Shown here: piece after piece, positions 1-8,093 of the stretch | Numbering within the stretch: the first letter of the stretch is position 1 | Layout: each line of letters begins with the position of its first letter | IMG/VR virus record: IMGVR_UViG_3300012667_000473 | Span: 1 to 35,629 of that record | Source: a virus | Taxonomy: Duplodnaviria > Caudoviricetes | Length of the DNA stretch: 35,629 nt | Strand: one strand, 5' to 3' | Made by a program: the position numbers and the translations under genes | The notes under the pieces: generated by a model | What the model was told of the DNA's origin: nothing | The model's input: the letters and a program-made list of their open reading frames with translations, nothing else | The model's database searches: none

Positions 1-38
1 GTCAAAGCTGGTTTCAGTTTGGAAAACTGGAGCGAAAA

Positions 39-671
39 ATGCCTGACCAGCAATGGCCTGCCGATACTGTCACGCGCCGAAAGGTGTCGGATCTTGTCCC
101 ATATGCTCGAAACAGCCGCACGCACAGCGAGGCGCAGGTCGCGCAGATCGCAGCGTCGATCAAGGAGTGGGGATTCACCACACCGATCCTGATCGACATC
201 GACGGCCAGGTGATCGCCGGTCACGGGCGACTGCTTGCGGCTCAGAAGCTGGGCCTGGATCAGGTGCCGACAATGACTGCAGTCTGCTGGTCTGAAGCGC
301 AGAAAAAAGCCTATGTCATCGCCGACAACAAGCTGGCGCTAAACGCTGGCTGGGATGACGAAATGTTGCGAATCGAAATCAGCGATCTCAGAGAGTTTGA
401 TTTTGACCTGACGCTGACCGGCTTTGAAATCACAGAAATTGACGCAATTTCTTTCGACGATGATGCCGAAGCACCGATGCCTGCGCTGGCTGATGGAGAC
501 AGAAAACCATTCCAGCAGATGACGTTCACCTTGCACGACGATCAGGTCGAAGAAGTGAAGGCCGCGATGGAAAAGGCAAAGGCGATGGGTGCGTTCATCG
601 ACACCGGAAATGAAAACGGAAACGGCAACGCGCTCGCCAGAATCTGTGAGATGTTCAATGGCAACTGCTAA
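39..671 (+). CDS. ParB/Srx N-terminal-like domain protein of the phage packaging locus
   Basis: Motifs LVPYARNSRTHS, SIKEWGFTTPILID, IAGHGRLLAA and YVIADNKLALNAGWD are typical of phage ParB-N proteins found next to DNA-modification genes and terminase. Confidence 0.9.
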   Translation: MPDQQWPADTVTRRKVSDLVPYARNSRTHSEAQVAQIAASIKEWGFTTPILIDIDGQVIAGHGRLLAAQKLGLDQVPTMTAVCWSEAQKKAYVIADNKLALNAGWDDEMLRIEISDLREFDFDLTLTGFEITEIDAISFDDDAEAPMPALADGDRKPFQQMTFTLHDDQVEEVKAAMEKAKAMGAFIDTGNENGNGNALARICEMFNGNC

Positions 672-1467
672 AGAAATCGTCGTCAAGCCGATCACGGCAC
701 AGGCCGCGACCAAGTTGGTGCGGGCAATTCATTACAGCGGGAAGGTGGCTGCGAACTCGCAGCTTCACTTCGGGGTCTTTCTGCATGGCAAGTTAGAGGG
801 GGCAATGCAGTTTGGCCCGTCTCTGGACAAGAGAAAGACGCAGGCACTGGTCGATGGCACAGGCTGGAACGGATTTCTTGAACTGAACCGCATGGCATTC
901 TCTGATGTCTTGCCGAAGAACAGCGAGAGCCGGGCGCTCGGGGTGGCGATGCGGCTGATCAAAAAGCACTATCCGCACATTGAGTGGGTTGTCAGCTTTT
1001 CAGATGGGACGCAGTGCGGCGATGGCACGATCTATCGGGCAAGTGGGTTTGTCCTGACAGGCATCAAGAAAAACACCAGCATCTGGGAAGCGCCGGATGG
1101 CAGCGTTTCGACAGACTTGAGCTTGCGTCTCGGATCGCAGGCAAAAGCCCCAAAGATTGTGAACGCGACTTCAATGACGAAAGGCCCAGCAATTTCTCAG
1201 ACTGGCGCGGCGTCGATGCGCCCCTTCCGGGATGCTGGGTATAAACCAAAAGAAGGGTTCCAGCTTCGGTATGTTTACTTCCTAAATCCAGATGCGCGCC
1301 AACGGCTGACGGTCCAGATCCTGCCATTCAGCAAGATTGACGAAATGGGGGCTGGAATGTACAAGGGCGAAGCGCGTGTGAAGCAGGCAACCACCGAGGT
1401 CCACTCGGCAGGGCGATGGGGCGGAACCAATCCACACGCTCCACCATCAGATGGGCAGCCGTTGTGA
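658..1467 (+). CDS. mom: Mom-family (GNAT fold) DNA adenine hypermodification enzyme
   Basis: Start taken at ATG 658 (MATAKEIVV), overlapping the ParB stop. Motifs IHYSG, LELNRM, NSESRAL and VVSFSDGTQCGDGTIYRASGF match the Mom-like pattern. Family-level call only. Confidence 0.8.
   Translation: MATAKEIVVKPITAQAATKLVRAIHYSGKVAANSQLHFGVFLHGKLEGAMQFGPSLDKRKTQALVDGTGWNGFLELNRMAFSDVLPKNSESRALGVAMRLIKKHYPHIEWVVSFSDGTQCGDGTIYRASGFVLTGIKKNTSIWEAPDGSVSTDLSLRLGSQAKAPKIVNATSMTKGPAISQTGAASMRPFRDAGYKPKEGFQLRYVYFLNPDARQRLTVQILPFSKIDEMGAGMYKGEARVKQATTEVHSAGRWGGTNPHAPPSDGQPL
1374..1443 (+). tRNA. Non-canonical tRNA-Gly(TCC)-like element, D-arm reduced, inside the mom-like ORF 3' end
   Basis: Acceptor stem GCGTGTG 1374-1380 pairs with CACACGC 1433-1439 (7/7), then discriminator T1440 and CCA 1441-1443. 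Anticodon hairpin CCGA-GGTCCAC-TCGG has TCC at 1400-1402. T-like arm is GATGG-GGCGGAA-CC(A)ATC. Confidence 0.7.
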
Positions 1468-1485
1468 ATCGGCTTGCGTTGTTTT
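1455..1485 (+). terminator. Probable intrinsic terminator between the convergent mom-like gene and the small reverse gene
   Basis: GC-AGCCG/CGGCT-(T)-GC stem followed by GTTGTTTT. Confidence 0.5.
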
Positions 1486-1694
1486 CAGGCGTTGATGATG
1501 TGGGCGCTGGATCCAGATTCGGTCACGGCATAAATCATGGTGCGACCATCGCCCTGCTCGGCGGCGTATTCTTTTGCTTCAGCAAAGGTCGAGAAGTCCT
1601 TGCGGATGCGCTGTGCGCCGCGACCGCGAACTGCACTAAAGCTGGCAGCGGCCATCAGGCAATTCGTTTCGTGGGTGGTCTGTTGCGTTTTCAT
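1485..1694 (-). CDS. Small hypothetical protein (moron-like, antisense to the packaging operon)
   Basis: 69-aa ORF filling the gap before terS, with RBS AAGGA and a sigma70-like promoter upstream. Confidence 0.75.
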   Translation of the reverse strand: MKTQQTTHETNCLMAAASFSAVRGRGAQRIRKDFSTFAEAKEYAAEQGDGRTMIYAVTESGSSAHIINA

Positions 1695-1698
1695 TTTG

Positions 1699-1750
1699 CG
1701 TCCTTGTTTGCTAGTGCCTTGTTTCTACAGGACAAGTTGCTTGAGGCAAT
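1699..1750 (-). promoter_or_regulatory. Early-type promoter and leader for the 1485-1694 gene
   Basis: Minus strand reads TTGCCT-16 nt-TAGAAA, then ACTAGCAAACAAGGACG, a 17-mer identical to 27985-28001. Confidence 0.55.
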
Positions 1751-1756
1751 AGTAAA

Positions 1757-2251
1757 ATGACGCGCGGCAGAAAACCATCACCGTCCGCGATCAAGATCGT
1801 GACGGGGCGCGACCGCGCTGACCGAATGCCGAAGAGCGAGCCATTGCCGGTGATGGTGATGGAGGCCGCGCCAGAGCCGCCGGAACATCTGGACGCCTAT
1901 GCGCTGGAAGAGTGGCATCACATCTGCGGTGCGCTGTTTCGTTGCGGCGTGCTGACCGAGATCGACGGGCGCGGGCTGGCGATGTATTGCCAAGCCTATG
2001 GCAGATGGCGGAAAGCCGAGGAGGCCATCCAGCAGATGGCGAAGGCCAACCCGGCCAGCGGCGGGCTGATCATCAAGACCAGCAACGGCAACATCATTCA
2101 GAATCCGATGGTCGGCACGGCCAACACCGCTATGCGGGATGCCATGAAATTCGCGTCGGAATATGGCCTGACGCCATCAAGCCGAGTGCGCCTCGGCGTC
2201 GAAGCGGATCGAGCCAACGAGAAAGATCCAACGGCGGTATATTTCACATGA
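1757..2251 (+). CDS. terS: Terminase small subunit (P27 family)
   Basis: MTRGRKPSP start, PEPPEHLD..ALEEW, LAMYCQAY, QNPMV and EYGLTPSSRVRL motifs; directly upstream of terL. Confidence 0.93.
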   Translation: MTRGRKPSPSAIKIVTGRDRADRMPKSEPLPVMVMEAAPEPPEHLDAYALEEWHHICGALFRCGVLTEIDGRGLAMYCQAYGRWRKAEEAIQQMAKANPASGGLIIKTSNGNIIQNPMVGTANTAMRDAMKFASEYGLTPSSRVRLGVEADRANEKDPTAVYFT

Positions 2252-3972
2252 CCCACATCGTGCACGAATACGCGCGCCGCGCGCTGGCCGGGGAGATCAG
2301 CGTCGGTCCGCACGTTAGAAATCAGTGCCGCCGACACCTCGCCGACCTCGATCGCGACGACATCTATTTTGACGAAGCCGCAGCGGATCGTGCCATCGGT
2401 TTTTTTGAGAACGTGCTGAAACTGAGCGAGGGACAATTCGAGGGCATCCCGTTCAAGTTGCACATCAGCCAGGCGTTCATCGTCGGCTCGATCTTCGGCT
2501 GGAAAAAACCAGATGGGCTGCGGCGCTATCGGCGTGCCTACATTGAGATGGGCAAGGGCAACGGGAAAAGCCCACTGGCTGGCGGGATCGGTCTTTATGG
2601 GCTGATGGCTGATGGCGAGGCGGGCGCGCAAATTTATGCGGCGGCTGCGAAGAAGGATCAGGCAATGATCCTGTTCCAGGACGCTGTGAAGATGGTGCGG
2701 CAATCACCGGCGCTGGAAAAGCGGATCACGCCATCGGGCGTCAACCCGGTTTGGAACCTGGCATATATCAGCGCCGGGGCATTCTTCCGCCCGATCAGCC
2801 GGGACAGCGGCAAGAGCGGATCTGGGCCGCGTCCGCATTTCGCGCTGTGCGATGAGGTCCATGAGCATCCTGATCGCGGCATAATGGAAATGCTGGAGCG
2901 CGGTTTTAAATTCCGCAACCAGCCGCTGCTGTTGATGATCACCAACAGCGGATCCGACCGAAACAGTGTTTGCTGGGAGGAGCACGAACACGCCTGCGCG
3001 GTGGCCGCTGGCGACATGAAGGATGACACGACATTCCCATATGTCTGCGCCCTGGACGAGGGCGACGATCCTCTGACGGAACCAGGCTGCTGGTCAAAGG
3101 TCAACCCGCTGTTGGGCGTGATCCTGAAAGAGAGCTACCTGCAAGGCGTTGTGGATCAGGCGCGCGCGATTCCGGGCAAACTGAACAGCATCCTGCGCCT
3201 GCATTTCTGCGTCTGGACCGACGCGGATGCAGCCTGGATCAGCCGGTCAGCATGGGAAGCCTGCGAAGATCCGGCCATGTCGATCGATGATTTCGATGGG
3301 CAGCCGTGTTATATCGGCCTGGACTTGTCGGCGACCAAAGACATCACCGGCGTGGCCTATGTGTTTCCTGATGGCGAAACAGAGGACGGCAGGCCCAAGT
3401 TTGCGCTGTGCGCGCGTGGATACACCCCTGGCGATACGGTCAGCCAGCGCGAGCTGACCGACAAAGCGCCATATTCTGTCTGGGTGCGCGATGGCTGGCT
3501 GATCGCGCCGCCGGGCAAGGTCATCCGATACGACCAGATCGCATATGACCTGATCGAGGCAGCGCAGCGGTTCGATGTGCAGGCGGTGTCCTATGACCGC
3601 TGGCTGATCAAGACGTTTGAGAATGCGCTGGATGAGATCGGCGGCGTGCTGCCTCTGATCGAGCACCCGCAAGGCACCAATCAGCGCAAGGATACGCCGC
3701 TCTGGATGCCGCAGAGCGTCAACCAGTTCGAGGATCTGATCTTGGAGCGCAGGCTGCGGATCGAGGTCAACCCGGCGCTGCGGTCTGCCGTGGCGTCGGC
3801 CTGCTTTTGGACATCGCCAGCCGGGCTGCGCCGATTCGAAAAGCAGCGCGCCACAGGCAGGATCGACATGGCGCTGGCGGCCACGATGGCGATCGGCGCG
3901 GCGATGGGCGGCGAGGCATCCAAGCCGCCATCCTCGCCCTGGGATGACCCTGCGTTTACACTGAGCGCCTAG
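2248..3972 (+). CDS. terL: Terminase large subunit (HK97/cos type)
   Basis: Start at ATG 2248 (ATGA overlap with terS). Walker A MGKGNGKS, Walker B LCDEVHEH, nuclease GLDLS and RID motifs. Confidence 0.96.
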   Translation: MTHIVHEYARRALAGEISVGPHVRNQCRRHLADLDRDDIYFDEAAADRAIGFFENVLKLSEGQFEGIPFKLHISQAFIVGSIFGWKKPDGLRRYRRAYIEMGKGNGKSPLAGGIGLYGLMADGEAGAQIYAAAAKKDQAMILFQDAVKMVRQSPALEKRITPSGVNPVWNLAYISAGAFFRPISRDSGKSGSGPRPHFALCDEVHEHPDRGIMEMLERGFKFRNQPLLLMITNSGSDRNSVCWEEHEHACAVAAGDMKDDTTFPYVCALDEGDDPLTEPGCWSKVNPLLGVILKESYLQGVVDQARAIPGKLNSILRLHFCVWTDADAAWISRSAWEACEDPAMSIDDFDGQPCYIGLDLSATKDITGVAYVFPDGETEDGRPKFALCARGYTPGDTVSQRELTDKAPYSVWVRDGWLIAPPGKVIRYDQIAYDLIEAAQRFDVQAVSYDRWLIKTFENALDEIGGVLPLIEHPQGTNQRKDTPLWMPQSVNQFEDLILERRLRIEVNPALRSAVASACFWTSPAGLRRFEKQRATGRIDMALAATMAIGAAMGGEASKPPSSPWDDPAFTLSA

Positions 3973-4013
3973 CGTGTTATCTTCCCGACAATCGCTTTCA
4001 TAGGTCGGGTCCG

Positions 4014-5234
4014 ATGGCACTGTTTGATCGCTTCCGCAAAGCGGAAAAACGCAATCTTGAAAACCCAACAGCGCCAGTATCTGCGAATGATTTCTTGCAG
4101 ATCATGGGCTGGGGCGATCTTTATGCGTCATCTGGTGTCACGGTCAACGTGGACACCGCTCTTGGCGTTCCTGCGGTCTGGGCGGCGGTCAATTTCATCG
4201 CCGGGACCATCGCTGGCCTGCCTCTGCAAGTCTACCAGAAAGAGGCAGACGGCGGGCGCAAGAAGGTCAGCAGCACGATCTCGCAGATGCTGCACGAAGC
4301 CGTCAACGACGATATGTCGTCGTTCGAATGGCGGAAATACTCTTTCGAGCAAGTGCTGACCGGCGGGCGCGCCGTGACCTATATCGAGCGCAACGGCGCT
4401 GGAGAGATCGTCAATCTTTTCCCGCTGGATCCGACCAAGGTGCGCGTGGAGCGCCTGATCGACGGTCGCAAAATCTATCGCGCCAGCTCGCGGGTTTATG
4501 AATCCAGTGAGATCCTGGATCTGCCGTTCATGCTGAAGGCAAACATGACGGATGCGCGTGGCCCGATCTCGCAGAATCGCGATGCTATCGGGATGGCGAT
4601 CGCCGCAAGCCGCTACGGCTCGAAGGCATTTCAATCCGGCGGCATCCCGCCTGCCGTGCTGCAAGGGCCGTTCGCGTCTGGCGCGGCGGCCAACCGGGCA
4701 TCTGAGGATGTCGCGGCCACAACGCTGAAGCTGGCAAAAGAGGGGCGCTCGATCATGGCGCTGCCGCTCGGCCATGAGCTGAAAACGATCGGCCTAGCGC
4801 CCGAAGATATGCAGCTGCTTGAGTTGCAACGCTTCAGCGTGGAACAGATCGCGCGCATTTACTCGCTGCCGCCGGTGTTCTTGCAGGATCTGACGCACGG
4901 CACATTCTCCAACACGGAACAACAGGATCTTCATTTTGTGAAGCACACCGTGAAGCGGTGGGTGGAGCAATTCGAGCAAGAGATGAACCTGAAGTTCTTC
5001 GGACGCGGATCCGAATTCTATGTCGAATTCAACGTGGACGGCCTGCTGCGCGGCGATCTGAAGAGCCGGATGGAAGCCTATGCGGTTTCGATCCAGAACG
5101 CGATCAGGACGCCGGATGAGATCCGCGCCATCGAAAACTTGCCAGCCAAGGGCGCCGACAATCTATTGATCCAGGGCGCGACCGTGCCGCTTGGATCCCA
5201 GCCGAATGGTTCGCCAGATGCCGCAACCGAATGA
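4014..5234 (+). CDS. Portal protein, HK97 family
   Basis: ALGVPAVWAAVNFIAGTIAGLPL, QIARIYSLPP, TFSNTEQQ, VEFNVDGLLRGD and TPDEIRAIENLP motifs. Confidence 0.96.
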   Translation: MALFDRFRKAEKRNLENPTAPVSANDFLQIMGWGDLYASSGVTVNVDTALGVPAVWAAVNFIAGTIAGLPLQVYQKEADGGRKKVSSTISQMLHEAVNDDMSSFEWRKYSFEQVLTGGRAVTYIERNGAGEIVNLFPLDPTKVRVERLIDGRKIYRASSRVYESSEILDLPFMLKANMTDARGPISQNRDAIGMAIAASRYGSKAFQSGGIPPAVLQGPFASGAAANRASEDVAATTLKLAKEGRSIMALPLGHELKTIGLAPEDMQLLELQRFSVEQIARIYSLPPVFLQDLTHGTFSNTEQQDLHFVKHTVKRWVEQFEQEMNLKFFGRGSEFYVEFNVDGLLRGDLKSRMEAYAVSIQNAIRTPDEIRAIENLPAKGADNLLIQGATVPLGSQPNGSPDAATE

Positions 5235-6531
5235 TGGCATGAAAGCAGAGGCCCAGCGCGGCCTTGATTGGCGCAGCGAATTCGGGCGCGGCGGCACCGA
5301 GATCGGCATCGCCAGGGCGCGTGACATCGTGAACGGCCGGGATCTGTCCGACGAAACCGTGCGCCGGATGAAGGCATACTTTGATCGGCATGAGATCGAC
5401 AAAGAGGCCGAGGGATTCCGGCCTGGAGAAGATGGTTATCCGTCCAACGGGCGCATTGCGTGGGCGCTGTGGGGCGGGGATCCTGGCCGGTCCTGGGCGA
5501 ACAAGCACGCAAAGGCCGATGCAATAGACGAGGCAGCCCGAAACGTGATACAACCTGATCAGAAAGCGGGGGCCGATATGTCTGAACGTGAAATCCGCCG
5601 GGGCGTTCCTGTCGAAATCCGCGAGGATGAGGCGGGCGAGATCAAGGTCGCAGGTTATGCCGCCGTTTTTGGCGAGGAAACCAACATTGGCGGAATGTTC
5701 ACCGAAAGCATCCAGCGCGGCGCGTTCAAGGCAGCGATCAAGCGCGATGATGTCGTTTTCCTGATCAACCACGAAGGCCTGCCGCTGGCCCGCACCCGAT
5801 CCGGCACGCTGAAGTTGGCCGAGGATGAGCGCGGACTTTACATGGAGGCGACGCTGGATCAATCGGATCCTGATGTCCGCAGCATCGTGCCGAAGATGAA
5901 GCGCGGCGATCTGGACAAAATGTCGTTTGCATTTCGGCCTGTGCGCCAGATGTGGGATGACAGCAAGCCGATCCCGCGCCGGGTGATCCAAGAGGCGCAG
6001 CTGTTCGATGTGAGCATCGTGACGACGCCTGCTTATGACGGCACCGAAATCGCGTTGCGATCGTTGCAGCAATTCCGCGATGAACAGGTGAAGTCTCAGG
6101 CGGCGCGCCGGATGCGGATGAAGGCCAAGATCAGCGGCGTGGAATCGCGCAACGAATATCTGTTGCCGCCGGTGGAGCAGCCAGAGATCGGGACCGGCAC
6201 CGAAAACCAGATCAATATGCAGAACGCGATTGAAAACTGGAATCTCGGTCCAGAGCTGGCGTCGGCGGATCCGGCAGCCAACCCAGAATTCTGGGCAAAA
6301 ATGGCCGATGTCTGGAGCGTGAACGAGGCCGAGGCGCGTCGGCAGCTGTGCGCAAACTGCGCCTATTTCAACAACACGCCCGAGATGCTCAAGGCGATGG
6401 AGGACATCCCGCTGACCGCATTCGACGCTGATGGCGGCGGGCGCGGCTGGTGCGAGAAACTTGATTTTATCTGCCACAATCTGCGCGTCTGCCAGGCATG
6501 GGAACGCAAGGATTTTGTGGCTGACGAATAA
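5218..6531 (+). CDS. HK97-type prohead protease fused to an extra N-terminal domain and a C-terminal Cys-rich domain
   Basis: Protease core (GYAAVF, FLINH..LPLART, MSFAF, LFDVSIVTTPAY) starts at the in-frame ATG 5578. N-domain has IAWALWGG; C-domain has CANC...C...C...C..W. Confidence 0.88.
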   Translation: MPQPNDGMKAEAQRGLDWRSEFGRGGTEIGIARARDIVNGRDLSDETVRRMKAYFDRHEIDKEAEGFRPGEDGYPSNGRIAWALWGGDPGRSWANKHAKADAIDEAARNVIQPDQKAGADMSEREIRRGVPVEIREDEAGEIKVAGYAAVFGEETNIGGMFTESIQRGAFKAAIKRDDVVFLINHEGLPLARTRSGTLKLAEDERGLYMEATLDQSDPDVRSIVPKMKRGDLDKMSFAFRPVRQMWDDSKPIPRRVIQEAQLFDVSIVTTPAYDGTEIALRSLQQFRDEQVKSQAARRMRMKAKISGVESRNEYLLPPVEQPEIGTGTENQINMQNAIENWNLGPELASADPAANPEFWAKMADVWSVNEAEARRQLCANCAYFNNTPEMLKAMEDIPLTAFDADGGGRGWCEKLDFICHNLRVCQAWERKDFVADE

Positions 6532-6556
6532 CGGCGGTCCCGCTGTTGGCCCATCT

Positions 6557-6587
6557 CCAGCCCTTGGGCAAGGCAAACAGTAGGAGG
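6557..6587 (+). promoter_or_regulatory. CTTGGGCAAG hairpin motif plus RBS in the capsid gene leader
   Basis: CCAGCCCTTGGGCAAGGC then AGGAGG; a near-identical copy lies at 9820-9837. Confidence 0.55.
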
Positions 6588-6592
6588 CCGAT

Positions 6593-7846
6593 ATGGCTGA
6601 TGTGAAAGACCTGCGGGAAAAGATGGCGCGCCTTGCCACCGAAGCCCGTTCCAAACTTGCCGAAGTCACCGACAAGACCGACGAGACCCGTGCTGCCGAG
6701 ATCGAGCGCGAGTTCGACACCATGATGGCCGAGCATGACCGCCTCTCTGGCACCGTGCAGCGCATGGAAAAGGTCAACGCGGCTCTGCGCGCGTCGAGCG
6801 CCATCGACACCTCCAAGCGCCCGGTCGCAGAGCGCACCTCGGCTCCTGCCGTTGATGCTGGCGCGGCTGTGGATTACCGCTCGGCGTTCTACTCGATGAT
6901 CGCCAACGGCGGCGTTGAAGGCCTGGATGCCGAAGTGCGTCAGGTCCTGCGCGGTTCTGAGCTGCGCACGCAGACCGCTGGCACCAACTCGGCTGGCGGC
7001 TACACGGTCCCGACTGAGCTGGCAACCTTCATCGAAAAGGCGATGATCGCCACCGGCCCGATGTATGACTCGAACCTGTTCACCGTGATCAACACCACGG
7101 GCGGCAACACGTTCAACATCCCGACCGTTGACGACACCACCGTCGCGGCTGTTGCCCACACCGAAGGCACCCAGCCGACCGACGATGGCGGCTCGGATGT
7201 GACCTTCGGCCAGAAGACGCTGGGCGCATATGCGTTCGATACCGAGTGGGTCCGCTGGTCCTATGAGCTGGCGAACGATTCCATCCTGAACATGGAATCG
7301 CTGCTGGGCGAGCTGCTGGGCGAGCGCATGGGCCGCATTGCCAACTCCAAGCTGACCACCGGCTCGGGGTCGTCTGATGTCGAAGGCATCGTGACCAACT
7401 CGGCGCTGGGCAAAACTGCTGCGGCGACTGCTGCCGTGACCGCCGACGAGATCATCGACCTGGTCCATTCGGTCAACCCGGCCTATCGGTCCGCGCCGAA
7501 TACCGCTCTGATGATGAACGACAGCACCCTGGCCGCTGTTCGCAAGCTGAAGGACGGCCAAGGCAACTACCTCTGGCAGATGGGCAACTATCAGGCCGGG
7601 ATCCCGCAGAACATTCTCGGCTACAATGTGGTCGTGAACCAGGCGATGGATTCGCTGGCCGCCGCGAAGAAGGTCATGCTGTTCGGCGACATGTCCAAGT
7701 TCTACGTCCGCAAGGTCGGCTCGCCGACGCTGTTCGTGGCCCGTGAGCGTTTCGCTCCTGACTACGGCATCCTTGGTTACATCCGTTTCGATGGCGTGCT
7801 GACCAACACCGCAGCGATCAAGCACCTGATCACCGCTGCATCGTGA
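6593..7846 (+). CDS. Major capsid protein, HK97 fold
   Basis: Coiled-coil delta domain, GGYTVPTE, LKDGQGNYLWQ, ILGYNVVVN, MLFGDMSKF and RFDG motifs; strong RBS. Confidence 0.97.
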   Translation: MADVKDLREKMARLATEARSKLAEVTDKTDETRAAEIEREFDTMMAEHDRLSGTVQRMEKVNAALRASSAIDTSKRPVAERTSAPAVDAGAAVDYRSAFYSMIANGGVEGLDAEVRQVLRGSELRTQTAGTNSAGGYTVPTELATFIEKAMIATGPMYDSNLFTVINTTGGNTFNIPTVDDTTVAAVAHTEGTQPTDDGGSDVTFGQKTLGAYAFDTEWVRWSYELANDSILNMESLLGELLGERMGRIANSKLTTGSGSSDVEGIVTNSALGKTAAATAAVTADEIIDLVHSVNPAYRSAPNTALMMNDSTLAAVRKLKDGQGNYLWQMGNYQAGIPQNILGYNVVVNQAMDSLAAAKKVMLFGDMSKFYVRKVGSPTLFVARERFAPDYGILGYIRFDGVLTNTAAIKHLITAAS

Positions 7847-7854
7847 TGACAATC

Positions 7855-7880
7855 GGGCGGGGCTTCGGTCCCGCCCACTT
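7855..7880 (+). terminator. UUCG-tetraloop hairpin after the capsid gene (weak terminator or mRNA stabiliser)
   Basis: GGGCGGGGC-TTCG-GTCCCGCCC, followed only by ACTT. Confidence 0.6.
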
Positions 7881-7896
7881 CCATGAGGAGCAAGAC

Positions 7897-8091
7897 ATGG
7901 CAAAAGTGCGTTTCCTAACGTCGATGGCTGGCATTGATTTTGTGCATAATGTTGGCGACATCATTGATTGCACCGAAGAGGTCGCGGCCCGCTATATCGC
8001 GGCGGGCATCGTGGAGGGCTTCGCTGATGCGGAACCGAAAATCGAGCGCGCCACCAAAAAGGCCGCAGTCGAAAAAGCCGTGAAGGTCTGA
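7897..8091 (+). CDS. Small head-associated hypothetical protein
   Basis: GAGGAG RBS before ATG 7897; typical position between capsid and connector genes. Confidence 0.8.
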   Translation: MAKVRFLTSMAGIDFVHNVGDIIDCTEEVAARYIAAGIVEGFADAEPKIERATKKAAVEKAVKV

Positions 8092-8093
8092 AA

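Noticed and set aside
39-671. ParB as evidence of a plasmid-prophage partition system
   Set aside because: No ParA, no HTH/parS-binding region, and the context is packaging and DNA modification.
1912-2247. Upstream extensions in the ORF track for terL (1912), mom (589), DUF6378 (27928), MTase (27515) and the Acb2-like gene (29972)
   Set aside because: They overlap upstream genes; coupled downstream ATGs give better starts.
5104-7903. Long antisense ORFs (5104-6837, 577 aa; 6467-7903, 478 aa) and similar ones opposite TMP, endolysin, exonuclease and SSB
   Set aside because: They are shadows of high-GC coding strands with no recognisable motifs or RBS, and they lie fully opposite confident genes.
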